DNA of 64,000 bases from Eledone cirrhosa. Its lineage: Eukaryota. The position numbers were made by a program, and so were the translations under genes. The stretch is from assembly GCA_964016885.1 (NCBI GenBank), contig OZ024743.1, forward strand, positions 257,176,001 through 257,240,000. Direction: 5' to 3'. Of the stretch, positions 12,276 to 25,289 are shown piece after piece. The notes under the pieces are model-generated. The model did not search any database and had not been told where the DNA came from. It saw only the letters and a list, made by a program, of their open reading frames with translations. Positions within the stretch are counted from its first letter, which is position 1. Each line of letters begins with the position of its first letter.

Positions 12276-12973
12276 TTTTCTTTTTGCTGCCGTCACCGTG
12301 GCTGGCTCCTCACTGGTTTTGTTATTATTGTTGTTGGTGTCACCGCTGTCTGGCTCTCGGGTAATGGGTACTCACTGCCATTGTCTTGTCTTGATATTAA
12401 TATCAATATCAATAATACTACCACTACTACGATGACCGGGGTGGCTGATGGGCAGTGTTAATGTTTGTTACCGTTACTATTGTTGTTGTTGCTATGGTCT
12501 TGTTGATAATTGCCATCAAGTCTGTGTATCAACCTACCTCAGAGTTCCGTTTATTGCTGTGGCAGTTGTTATCGTTGTTATTGTCGGCGGGGTGGTACCG
12601 TCACTACGACTGGTATGGCCTATGTACTCAGCGCTGGTCTGTGTTTTTGCTGTTGTTGTTGTTGTAACTGTTTACTGTAGCTGTTGCTATCGTTGTTGTT
12701 GTTAGAAGGGTAGTAATATCACTACAACTACTGCGGCCACTGTGGACGACTTTTGGTCAGTGTTCTGCTTTTATTGTCGGTTTTGTTGTTGTTGCTGTTG
12801 TTGTTGTTGTTGTTGTAGCTGTTGTCTTAAAGGGGCTGTCAACAAAATATATACCCCACCCTCCCTCAGAGCTCCATCTATTGCTTCCACTGTCTGCTGG
12901 GCTTTGGCTTGACACTGGTTTTCGTTTTTTAGTTACGACAGCTGAGTGATTCTTTCAGGAACTTATATGTCTG

Positions 12974-13103
12974 CTAGGCACACAAGCAGTAGGACGTGTG
13001 TTTTTTCCTGCCGGCGGCATATCGAACATATGTGATATCATCTGAGGATACCGGTCTCATAACAACATCAAATGCATGAAGGACTTCTCGATTGCATGGA
13101 GAA
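12974..13103 (-). CDS. Candidate terminal coding exon of a host gene, unidentified
   Basis: Acceptor attatttccacag followed by an open frame SPCNREVLHAFDVVMRPVSSDDITYVRYAAGRKKHTSYCLCA*. Non-repetitive, CpG-containing, and followed by ~700 nt of (CAA)n-rich UTR-like sequence. Upstream exons not identified. Confidence 0.35.
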
Positions 13104-13442
13104 CTGTGGAAATAATTATAATGATTAAACGATCTATCTAACCTCAGCATCTTTTTTTGTTATTTTTATAAAAATATCCATCATAATTAAAAACTACGAT
13201 TGTTGAGAGCTTTCTCCTGTTTGCTCCTGTTTTTACCAAAACAATCCCTTCTGAACATACATTTATGATATGATTTATATTAGGTAAATTTAGATGAAAC
13301 AAAAAACAAAATAATAATGTTTGAACTTGACCGGGGAATTGATGAGCATTTAATTGTTGTGTGTTTCTCACTCCCCTTAGCTGATAAATCTAATGTGGGA
13401 GAATTGTGTCTTCTTTTCTTTTTCAGCGAACACTATTATAAT

Positions 13443-13639
13443 AAATAATTGTTTCTACTTTTGGCACAAGGCCAGCAATTATCCCAGTGCATTACTGGTA
13501 CTTTAATTTATCGACCCCGTAAGGATGAAAGGCAAAGTTAACCTCGGCGGGATTTGAACTCAGATCATAAAGGCCCGTAACTCCATGCTGAAAAGCATGG
13601 CGTCCAACCCTCTACGGATACTGCCAATCCACCGCCCTT
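13443..13639 (-). mobile_element. tRNA-derived SINE, family B
   Basis: Full-length reverse-complement copy of the 21034-21224 unit. Confidence 0.85.
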
Positions 13640-13789
13640 ATAATAAATAATAGTCATATATATATACATTTGAATGAAGAGAAGAAAGAAGTCATTCATA
13701 GTAAATTTGTTGATACATACACATGAATACATATCGCCAAGCCTCTTAAATCTTAATTAGCCCTTCATTAGCTTATTCCTAATATCTAA

Positions 13790-14281
13790 TTAGATAATGA
13801 AGAATTTGAAAGGATGTAACTAACCTTTTTGTTATTAAGCTGGCGTTTGGAACATAACTTAGCAAAGGTTCTTACATATAATTATGATGGAATCTTTTCA
13901 AGTAAATATAAACACTTTAACACTTTCATTACGATATTTTTAATGAAAAACAATGTCTATGATTTTCAAATCATTTTTTTAAATAATCTATAATTTGGAA
14001 AGATTTAATGATATAACTTTGTGAGTATTAATATTGTATTCAGAATATAACTTAAGAAAGAGAGGGTTTTAGTTAGATATAAACACTTTAACTCTCTTAT
14101 TGTGATCTTTCTAATGAAATATGCTGTCTACGGTTTCCAAATCATTTAAAAAATAATCTAGAATTTGGAAGGATTTAATATAATTTTGTTAGTAATAATC
14201 TGGTGTTTGGAATATAACTTAACAAAGGTTCTTACAAAAAGTTATGATGAAAGATTTTTAGATAAATAGAAACACTTTAAA
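13790..14281. repeat. AT-rich tandem repeat, about 3 units of ~170-190 bp
   Basis: Recurring gaatttggaaggatt...tggaatataactta.caaaggttcttaca...aaacactttaa; inverted relatives near 18490-18760 and 20540-20630. Confidence 0.7.
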
Positions 14282-14287
14282 ATAGTT

Positions 14288-14776
14288 ACCATATATACCC
14301 AAATATATGCTGATCTGAATATATGCCTACCCCCGATTTTATGTCTGAGAAATGACCAAAAATCCCAACTCTGTGTATAAGTCATATAGGTGCAGTTTTG
14401 AAATTCTGATGAAGTTTTAATATTTTGTAATTTTAAATGTTTAAATGTCATTTAGTGTATAGGTTTTGTTTCACAACTCCATTATGTAATGATTTTTTAC
14501 CAGTTTCCAACAATTTTGCATGCCATATTCATTCAAATTTTATAAAAAGCAATAAGAAAAACAAAGTTCACTTCCAAAGTGAAACTGGTGTAATATTCAC
14601 CTCCATATCAAAACTGATATAATATTCACTTTCAAAGTGAAAATATTTGAGCACCTCATTTATATAGAATTTGAAATTGGTGAAACTTGGCAGAATATAA
14701 GCTGAACACCCACTTTACCATTCATTTTTTTGTCACATATTTCTCGGCTTATATACAAGTATATATATATACTGTA
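14288..14776. mobile_element. Tc1/mariner-pogo-type MITE
   Basis: Termini taccatatatac... and ...ctcggcttatatacaagtata...actgta; opposite-orientation copy at 44482-44738. Confidence 0.6.
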
Positions 14777-14790
14777 TATATATATATATA

Positions 14791-14961
14791 TATTATAGAT
14801 AATGAGTAATCAGTGATGCATCAAAACATAATTTATTAACATATTACATATGTTTCTCCATCTGTAATAGATCCTGTCTTGAGCTGATCGCTGGAGAAAC
14901 ATATGTAATATGTTAATAAATTATGTTTTGATGCATCACTGATTACTCATTATCTATAATA
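14791..14961. repeat. Perfect 70-bp inverted repeat with a 31-nt spacer
   Basis: 14791-14860 is the exact reverse complement of 14892-14961; the arm contains GAAAC-ATAT-GTA. Confidence 0.95.
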
Positions 14962-15150
14962 ATTCTTTCTACATTTGGCACAAAGTCAGCAATTACCCAG
15001 TGCATTACTGGTACTTTATTTTATCGACATCGTGAGGATGAAAGGCAAAGTTAACCTCAGCGGGATTTGAACTCAGATCATAAAGGGCCATAACTCTTTG
15101 CTGCAAAGCATGGCATCCGACCCTCTACCGATACTGCCAATCCACCACCC
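14962..15150 (-). mobile_element. tRNA-derived SINE, family B
   Basis: Full-length reverse-complement copy. Confidence 0.85.
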
Positions 15151-16224
15151 TATAATAATATACTCTGCTCTGCATGAGCATAGAGTGCTCAAATGGCATA
15201 CCGCCTACAGACGCATTTACTGCAACCATACAACAACTATATATATTTATGTATATATGATAATGATGATGTATGTGTCTATGTTTAGAATTATGTCTGC
15301 TTATGTCCCATAACTTATTAATTTGTCAAGAGAAGATTGATATAAAAGTACTAGACCTGAACAAAAAGAAAAGTATAGGTGTTGATATAACTGACTAAAT
15401 TCCTTTAATGTTGTACAACAACATGGTTGCAGTTTTTTTACTGAAACTAGAAGATTGAAAGATAATATCAAATAAAATACATCTATGCTAAGATTATCAT
15501 CATATAACCTTAAAATGATGACGATGAATCTAATTTACCAATGTTATTAACAATCCAATTGAAGTGAGACAATTATTACAAGAGGTTATAGAAACCAGTT
15601 CATAAAACCTCAACAAATCCTCCATATCAGAGAACTTCCCACAATTTTCATTGGCAACATATTTTAAAAACATATATATAATTTTCTTTGGCCCATTAAG
15701 TTTCTCCCAGCCTTGTGTGTAAACTCAGATATTAATTATGATGAATACTTGGTGTTGGGAAGGGCATCCAGCCATAGAAAACCTGCCAGATACAGTCCTA
15801 TACAAGCGAGACACGGTCACCTGATCAATCTTGCCTCAAGTGGGACAATTCCCGTCTAACCCATGCTAGCATGGAAGATAGACGTTAAACGATGATGATG
15901 ATGATTTTGTCAGTTCTGACAATTAACACTTAGTTGTTTGATCAACTGATTCTCCAGATTATGAATTAAAGTTTATGTGACTTGTTCAGTATTCCACTGA
16001 TATGTGAACTCAATGTAATCCCTAAACTGAATCTATGTAATCCAATATATTACAAACATAGAGCTTTGAATTACAGATTCTATCCCTTCAATGGGTTTCC
16101 ACACAGTTTCCATCTGCCGATGTCACTCACAGGCTACTGTAAAGACAATTACCCAAGATGCCACATAGAGAGATTGAATCTAAGACGTTGATATTGTAAG
16201 GCAAACTAGTTAATATATATATAT

Positions 16225-16613
16225 GGAGGCACCTGGCTTAGTGGTTAGAGCATTGACCTTGCAATCAAAAGGTTGTGAGTTCAATTCTCAGACCGGGTGA
16301 TGTGTTGTTTCCTTGAGCAAGACACTTTATTTCACATTGCTCTAGTTCACTCAGCTGTAGAAATGAGATGATAGCACTGGGGTCTCTATCATTCCACTGC
16401 AAAGTGGTCGTGGAGGAGCCACGACAAAAAAGCACCCAGCCCATACTCTAAAGTGGACGTGTAGGCGCCACGGAAAAAAAGCACCCAGCACTCACTGTAA
16501 ATGAGGTTGGTGTTAGGAAGGGCATCCAGCTGTAGAAACCAAGCCAGAATCAGTTCCTGTCCCACCCTTGGAAGCAGGGAAAAGTGGACGTAAAATGAAA
16601 TAATGAAATGATG
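16225..16613 (+). mobile_element. CORE-type tRNA-SINE with RTE tail, family A
   Basis: Matches 2567-2907 with one extra 3'UTR repeat unit. Confidence 0.9.
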
Positions 16614-16731
16614 ATATATATATATGATAATGATGATATGTGTCTATGTTTACAATTATGTCTGTTTATGTCCCATAACTTATTGGTTTGTCAATATATA
16701 TATAAAAATGAGATGTTCTACACGGGTGAAA

Positions 16732-16950
16732 GTATAAGGAAAAGAAATCGAAAATGCAACTGGAGTCTTTTTAAGAATATTTATTTATTTCCTTTACCAG
16801 TTTCACAGTTCTTATGCTTTTCAAAAGTAAAATTGAGATGGAGGGTTTGTGGTTTGTCTCGATGTTACAAGGATATTTATTTATTTAAATGAAATAAGTA
16901 AATATCCTTAAAAAGACTTCAGTTGCATTTTCGATTTCTTTTCCTTATAC
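16732..16950. repeat. Fold-back with 60-bp inverted arms
   Basis: 16732-16791 versus 16891-16950, about 3 mismatches. The spacer has a degenerate hammerhead-like tgaaaagcat..tgtgaaactgg on the minus strand. Confidence 0.9.
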
Positions 16951-16960
16951 ATATATATGT

Positions 16961-18137
16961 ATATGGAGAATAGAAATGGCTGTGTAGTTGCTATTTAAGG
17001 TAGCTTAAAATAGAGTGGGAATAACAAGAAAGCAAGAACGAGGGGGGAGGGGGTTCCTCATCAGTTGTCTACTGGGGGTCTCGGATATTTCTATGCTTTA
17101 AAGACAATATATCTCGCCCCAGGGCGTCAATAACTGGATAAGTTATTGGGAAAGCGGAGGAGGGAGGGAAGGAAAAAGAAAACAGTAAAAAAAGCAGCGA
17201 AAAAAACAAACAAACCGAGCAATATGTGAGCAACTTAAGGTAAGAAAATCCAAGACCACAGTGATGAGAGAACTTAAGTTCAAGACTGTGTGGTAGAGAG
17301 AAAAGACACATGTCTGACCCCAGCAGTTGTAAGTGAATAAAGGACTACTAGCGGGTCAGGCGAAGGAAACAAAGAGGTGGCAGGCAGAGAGAGGATGAGC
17401 GAAAGGGAGAGGGAGAAAGGGAGAGGAAGAAAGTGTGGTAAGAGTAGATAGTAACGAAATAGTTAGGTAGAACAAGAGAGAAGACTGGTAGAGAGGATGA
17501 GTGAAAGTGAGAGGAAGAAAGAGGGGTGAGAGTAGATAGTAGCAAAATAGGTAGGTAGAAGGGGAGAGAAGAATGGCCACAGCAAAAACATGATAAAATA
17601 TATGGAGAATAGAAACGGTTGTGTAGTTGCTATCTTCTTATTCCCACACCATTTTAAGCTACCTTAAATAGCAACTACACAGCCATCTACTCTTACCACA
17701 CTTTCTTCCTCTCCCTTTCTCCCTCTCCCTTTCACTCATCCCCTCTCTGCCTGCCACCTCTTTGTTTCCTTCACCTGACCCTCTAGTAGTCCTTTTCTCA
17801 CTTGCAGCTGCTGAGGTCAGACATGTGTCTTTTCTCTCCCCAACTCAGTCTTGAACTGAAGTTCTCTCATCGTGTGGTCTTGGATTTTGTTGCCTTAAGT
17901 TGCTCGCATATTGCTCGGTTTGTTGTTCTTTTTTTGCTGTTTTTTCAGTTTTCTCTTTCCTTCCCTTTTGTTTTCCTTACCTCCCTCCTCCGTTTTCCCA
18001 ATAACTTATCCAATTATTGATGCCCTATGCAGTAGATATCTTGTCTTTAAAGCGTAGAAATATCCGAGATCCCCAGTAGACAACTGATGAGGAGAACTCC
18101 ATCCTGTTCTTGCTTTCTTCTTATTTCCACTCCATTT
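16961..18137. mobile_element. Head-to-head pair of terminally redundant non-coding units, Penelope pseudo-LTR or retrozyme-like
   Basis: 17015-17450 is the diverged reverse complement of 17686-18135; each copy repeats its own start at its end; both contain agacaaCTGATGAgga. Confidence 0.7.
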
Positions 18138-21033
18138 ATATATATATTGGAGTGAAAAGTAAATAGAAAGCAACAAAGCTAACAATACAGTAAAATGAAG
18201 ATATATATATATATATTAGTTTAATGCTTGATATTATAGGAAAAGATGTATATTGAATGCAATGCTGCTAAATTTATTGAGGTGATTGGAAGTAGTGAAT
18301 GTTCCTTACTTGAATCTTAAATTAAATATTCTAATTTTGTTAACATGTTTTATATTAAACTGCTTGAAACAGGTCATAGTTTCACAATACAAAACTGTTT
18401 ATTTGAAAGTATTTTTATTCTTTCTAAAAATTTTCCATTACTAAGTCATATAAGAATTTTGTTACTTTATGCTCCAAATACTAGCTCAATAATGAGAAAA
18501 TTATTTCTCTCTTAAAATACTTGATTGTTTTCAAAATGATTTGAAAATGATAAGCCTTGTCTTTCTTTATAAATATGGTAACAAAAGAGTTAAAATATCC
18601 CATCATAATTATATTTAGGAACCTTTGTTAACTTATGTTTCAAACACCAATTATTTATATTACTAAATCGCTCTAAATATTTCATTATTTTCAAAATGGT
18701 TTGAAAACTATAGGTAGTGTATTTTATTAGAAACATGGTAGTGAAAGTGTTAACTCTTTTTATTGGTAAAAGTGATGTTCACATCTCCATATCCACCATT
18801 TCTTCATAGAAAGTATCAAAGGGAGATTTTTTTTTTTACTGTGAAGTTAACGAATGAAACGTGTTAAAACAGCCAATGAGAAATAATTGGTGCCATAAAT
18901 ATCATGTTGACCTCCAAGGGTTGTATTTAAAACCAGGAAAATTAAGACATTTATTGTAGGATTGAAACAAAAAAAGGCATCATTATTTCACTTGATTGCA
19001 AAACAGTTGATTTAAAAAGCAGCCAACCACTTTCAACGTGACAATTACCAAGTAAATTACTTCTTGCCCTAACTTATATTATGAGCTGCTTATCACTGTA
19101 GAATGGTGCTGTCACTACATACCATTCCTAGGTCTACAAGCCAGACATTTTATATTTATTTAATGAAATACGATCAATGATTAATTAAATACATATATTA
19201 TATATATTTGTCTTTTCAATTAAGTGTTGTGATTTCAAATTCCTTCACTGGCACAAACAAACTACTACTTGCTGAACGATACTCTAAATTGGTTGAAATA
19301 ATTTTAAATAATTCTTCTGCTCTATCTCTTAGAAATATACGACTACTTAATTCAAAACTGAATGCATACTGGTAAAAGTTAGACCATTTAAGTTTAGATG
19401 GTTCTGCTGAAGCTATGTTTTCTTTTCACTGTTTGGTCAAAGTGTGAAGGGCAGTACCATTGCTATTTTCAGCACCTCCAAGACAAGTGGGAGAGATGGA
19501 AAAATGTATCCTCCAACCAGAGATCTTGTCTGATTACTTGCACCAGAGTGGACTTTACTAGAAGTACCTTAAAGACAGGTGATAGTGTTAAACTGAGCAC
19601 CAGATTAAGTCTATCCTCTAAGGACGCCATAGTTGGACTAGAACTCTGAATGCAAATACCCAGAAGAAATACTGTAATGTATCTCATCTTGTGTCCAAAC
19701 AATTCCATCAACTAAATGCTCTGAACTAGTGCTGGTGCCACAAAACTTGTACCCAGTACACATGCAAGGACAGGAATGGTATCCCACAAGGATAGGAATG
19801 GTATCCCACTACAGAAACTATGCCAAAAAAAAAAGAATCAAGAGGACTCCTCAGTTGTGTCAAGGGTATAACAACCTCCCTAATTGTCTGTGGAATGTTC
19901 AGCCTCTTGCTCAATAAACATACCCAGTATGCAGCAAATACACCCAGTACCCTCAGTGGAAAAAATAGGAAACAAAGGGTCAGGAGCACTATTAAGCTGT
20001 GTTGAAGATGTGACAACTTCCTTAGTGCTGGTACCATGATAAAATGGGAACGTTTGTAAGCAGCAAAATGCAAGTCTATTCAACTATTTCTAATGGAGAA
20101 AACATGTTAAATCATGATGAGAATGATGATAAAGATATCATTGGTGCTATGATAAAATGCACTCTACACTCTGGTTAATTTTAAGAACTATACCATATAT
20201 AGAATGTATGAGCAAAATGTGGTGTTTCTCTCGTCTATTCTTAAACTGTGACAGCCTGTTGAACCAATGCCTGCATGGAAAGAGGATGTTAAATAATAAT
20301 GATGACGATGATGACTAAATTAGCTCAAGAGTATTTCATGCAAGACATGCTGTCAACACTGGAGATCATTAGTGATCAGCTATGTGCCACAACCTCTTTT
20401 ATTGACATTATCAAATCTGTTGGCTTCTATATATTAATAATAAGCCAACAGTTACCTTTCCTGACTCAATTAATTTTTTAGTATCTTTTGACAAAAACCA
20501 GCCAAAAGCACTCCTAGTTTTATGATATGAAATTTTGTGTTAATGTGTTTATATTTATCTAAAAATTTCCATCATAATTTTATATAAAAACTTTTGTTAA
20601 ATAATATTCCAAGTATCAGCTTCATAATGATTTGTAATTCTGGCACAAGGCTTGCAACTTAGGAGAAGGGAAAATCGAGTACATCGACTCAATTGCTTGA
20701 CCTTAGTAGGATTTGACCTTAGAATGTAAAGAGTCAGAGCAAATACAGATCATTTATCCAATGCTTTAATGACTCTGCCATTCAATGGCCCAAGGTGTCA
20801 CCTTAATAATGAGAAAGTTAATTATATTATTAAATCCCTCCAGGAAAAAATCTCTTCAGGAATTAAAATAAAAGGAGCGTAACATGGTTTATGGTTCTGT
20901 AAGTTACTGCTGCCAAGATAGTGGAAGAGAACATTGACTGAGCAGAAATATATTGAAATATTTGCAACAAGTTAAAAACAGAGGGAATTAAAAGGTTTAT
21001 AACATATTCAATGCTTATTATATGTTTATAATA

Positions 21034-21224
21034 AGGGCGGTGGATTGGCAGTATCGGTAGAGGGTCAGACACCATGCTTTCCAGCATAGTTACGTCCCTT
21101 TACGATCTGAGTTCAAATCCCGCCGAGGTTGACTTTGCCTTTCATCCTTAAGGGGTCGATAAAATAAAGTACCAGTAATGCACTGGATAATTGATGGCCC
21201 TGTGCCAAAAGTAGAAACAATTAT
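21034..21224 (+). mobile_element. tRNA-derived SINE, family B
   Basis: A-box-like tggcagtatcggtaga, B-box gagttcaaatcc, conserved core, tail tgtgccaaaagtagaaacaatta. Confidence 0.9.
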
Positions 21225-24200
21225 ATGTTTATAATAAGTAAATATGAGTCACACTGTGTTAGTGTAATTGCTATAAGCTTTCACCAAAATAGTTTATTTA
21301 CAAAATCTATAAGGAAATATTGATTTCTATAGTTCAACAGTTAGGAACATTAAAGTGTGAGCTGACAATAAGTAAGGACATTGAAACACACCTGCTACAC
21401 TGAAGTAGCTGTGCCATTTTCACATCAAGACTAGGTTTATTATACAGAAACATATTATATCTGACATATTAAATCTGGCATATATGGAGCCATATATAAT
21501 ATGTTAATTTATAATGAACATACAATTAATCTTGCTGTGAGTATTTTAAGCTATGATCATATCACAGCTAGCTCAGTATCAGTGTAAGAACTGTGTATAT
21601 ATATCTATTTCAGAATTATTACTCATCGTCAGCCGTTGCTTATTTACAATGTTATGAAAGAGTAAAATCATTTAAATTTTGTAAACAAAGTATTCTTGTT
21701 GAAAACTTATTTACATACAGGCGTGGCATAATTATATTACTGAACTGTGGTTTTCCTGCAAATTATATAATAATCTACTGTAATTTTTTGGTAAATTCTG
21801 GACCAAATTCAGTACTGAATAAAAGATTCCTTTCAACTGTTGTTGTTGGACCTCTGTCAGCCTGCTCATACAATTGATATGCAAGAGGCTGGGCATTCCA
21901 CAGACACGTGTAACCTTAATATAGTTTGCAGGGGGATTCAACACAGGATTTGATAAGAGTGGCTCTTTGAATTACAGGTAATCTAATTTTTGTTAGCTGA
22001 GTGAACTAGAGCAATGTGAAATAAGGTGTCACAATGCACCACACAGTTTTGGAATCAATGGAATCGTTCTTACGACCTTTCGATCATGAGCTGACCACAC
22101 AAAACACTAAAGCCATGCACCTTCACACCTTCAACTACATACAAATGAAAAATATCTCCACAAAATATTTGATATGTAGATATAGTGATATGTAGATATA
22201 CAATAAAATAAAATAAAATTCACTATTTGAACAAATTATAAACATAGAGGGAAATATGAATATGTTATAAGAGAGTGAGTAGTTTTTGGCCGAATCAATA
22301 GGAAAATATGTCACAAATGAACATTAGTAATTGGTCAACACTGAAGTAGTCAATTTCTTGGACCTTTACCAAGCAGGATTATATAGACCAAATAAAACGT
22401 GATAAATAATTTGACATAAGTAAAAACATCTATAGAACTGCAGATAGCTTCCACAGATGTTACTTTTATTGAAAGTAGAGAGGACTCTTCATGTCTTGCC
22501 AAGTACATGATAATCTCTCTTGTGCTGGTATCATAACAAAATGTACTCAGTATACTCTGTAAAATGTTAGTGATAGAATAAAATGCACCAGTACACTGTG
22601 TAAAGAGGTTGAGGTTAAGAAGGTTATGCAGCCATAGAAGCCATATGAAATTATGGAACATGTGAGCAAAAATAGTATCTAACCTGCTTTGTCTCAGACT
22701 AATGCTCCTTCTAACCCATAGGAGTTAGAGGTAGCAAGAAAAGGGAACTTTGAATAATGATGAAAACAGACTGTGGAAAAGGTCAAGTTGATTAATCTGT
22801 GATACTATCACCATAAGATAACAAAAAATTCTTGGCCACTTGTTACACTTGTCCACAAAGAAATCAATGAGACCCTCTATCAAGTGAAAGCCAGATTATG
22901 GGGGCACATAAGATTTGAGGTGAATGTGTCATCACTATCTGTTTGAGGTCTGTGGAGGCAAACCTGGCAGACTTGGGGCTGGCCTGGTCTAGTCTAGGAG
23001 AAGGCTTATGGCAAGGTTTGTAACCCATAGGCTTGACACCCCTAGGCATAGCCTGGGATCAGACTTGTTACCGTGCTTATGACAATGCAAGACAGACAGG
23101 TCAGCAGCACCTTGTTGAGGTCTGTGAAGGAAGATATGCCTTGACCTGGTCTAAGAGTAGATTCATGACAGGGCTTGCAACCATGCTAGGTGGAGATCCC
23201 TTGTCACTGAATGCTCCATAGGGAGCATGGTGCACTAACTAATTAAAAACATTTAAGTATTATATTTTTATTTCTAAAATTTCTTTGTAAAATTAAGAGA
23301 AATATTAACACAATCAAGAAATAATCAGATTATACAGATCTTAAATAATTTCTGTTCTTGTGTAATCTCTGACATGTCTTGGATAACAAAACCATGAAAC
23401 GAAAAAGAAAATTTCTACAGAGGTTTCAAAGCATTCATCAAAGAGATTAGTACAATACACTGTACTTCATATTAAGATTTCATGTTACTTTATAAATATA
23501 TTCTTTTCATGTTTTCTAACAAAGGCTAGATTATAACTGGACATTCCTTGTTCTCATATTAACAACAAAAATATAATATTCATTATTTCATATTTTGGCA
23601 CTGAATTTTTAAAATTTATTATGTACCTTATGAACCTACATCCTTAACATAACTGTCAATAAGCTATTCCACTCCACATACAGACGTGTCATACTCCTTC
23701 TTTCCCCTCTACTTCTCCTCACCACCACTACCACAGCCACCACCATCAATCCAAGAGATACAGTGTTTGATTCTCTGTAGTGGCTATTTGTCACTTATTG
23801 TTTGTCTGTAAGTGTATCACCTGATTTTATAGTGCTATTTTCATTTTAGTGAATCTCTGCATGAATTTCAACATTTCCAATTTTCAAATCATACAAATGT
23901 CTCGATAAATCCTAAGATTTGACACAATATACAAAGTGTATCTAGATATAAATTATGATAGACATAAAGAAAGACAAAGAGAGAAATTAAATAGGGATGA
24001 TAGTGATGTTGGTGGTTGTAGAGGTGACATGCTAACAGTAGATATATCTATATATCTATCTATGCTATATCAGGAACAAGAAGGGTTAAAAGGTGGCAGT
24101 GTTTTAATTGACTACATATTTAAATAAGTTAAGAAAAGTTACAAAATCCAATTAAGATGATATAAGACAATAGCCATTTCAAATTTATTGTTATTTCAGC

Positions 24201-25289
24201 TTCAGGTAGAGAGGGATCACTTCCAATAACTGACCTTAGCCAACAAGATGATTACCTTAAGCAAGATTCTTTACAAAGTTCACTGTAACTTTCACAAGTA
24301 CCAGTTGAGCTCACCTGAAGTGGATTACGTAAAGTCTTCAATTTAGATATCCTTGCATTAATGACTAGTGAAGAATTCAATATTTTATTCTAACACACAT
24401 ATATATATATGGATGTGTGTAAATGATTGACAAATGTAGTACGTCTCCAATTGATACTACAGTTAGTAAGCAAAATACAGATTTACTTCTGATGCAATCA
24501 GTTTGTAAATCAGTGTCATGAAGACCTTTGCAGACTAATACTGATCTTCTCACATATCACACTGTGTACCACACTGTACAACACACTACACTCTATGCTA
24601 TGTTACACTACACCACACTATATTGTATTACAAACCAAATTATTACTGACCATACTGTATATAATACTACATTATATGATAGACCATGTTGCTGGATCTG
24701 AGCATTTTATTTAATAATAAAAAACAGCATAATCATGTGTATAATTCAGTAGTGTTGCATTGGAAAACACAAACGAAAAGCAAGATACATTATGTAAGCA
24801 CACTTTTAAAATAGTAAGGAAACTGGAAATCTTTGACTAGCTGCAAGGTATATGATGTAAGAAGAGGAAACACTTTTGAAGTAGTAGGGAAACTGACAGT
24901 CATTCACAGGTTGATACACAACATAAGATGACGCAACACATCTCACCAGAGCTGTTCTGCTAGAGAAGGTGTCACAGACGATGGATAGCAATATGACCAA
25001 CCACCAAATATGATGGACCCCAGATCAACAACGGTAAATTATTAGGGGTGATGGAGCAATGAGTGACACTGTTCAAAAGCAAACTCTCACAACCCAATAA
25101 TGAAGCTACAATAAAGCGAGAAAAGGCTGTCCTAGTGGGTCTGAAAAAAGTACCTAATTGGTGACTGGGACAACTAAGACCACCAAAACACTGCAATGTG
25201 GCCAGGAACTATAAAGACAGTCATACTACATTGTCCTTCATGCGAACTAACAAGATCTGTGTTCAGGCCTTAGGTAGAGGGTCTGAAAG

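Noticed and set aside
15530-15725. About 64 stop-free codons on the minus strand
   Set aside because: No convincing splice sites or motif; compatible with chance.
20417-20451. 10-bp hairpin ctgttggctt/aagccaacag
   Set aside because: Short and isolated; chance cannot be excluded and nothing supports function.
24200-24365. Possible micro-exons on either strand (SGREGSLPITDLSQQ..; INARISKLKTLRNPLQ|gtgagc)
   Set aside because: Two competing readings with no recognisable homology and no link to other exons.
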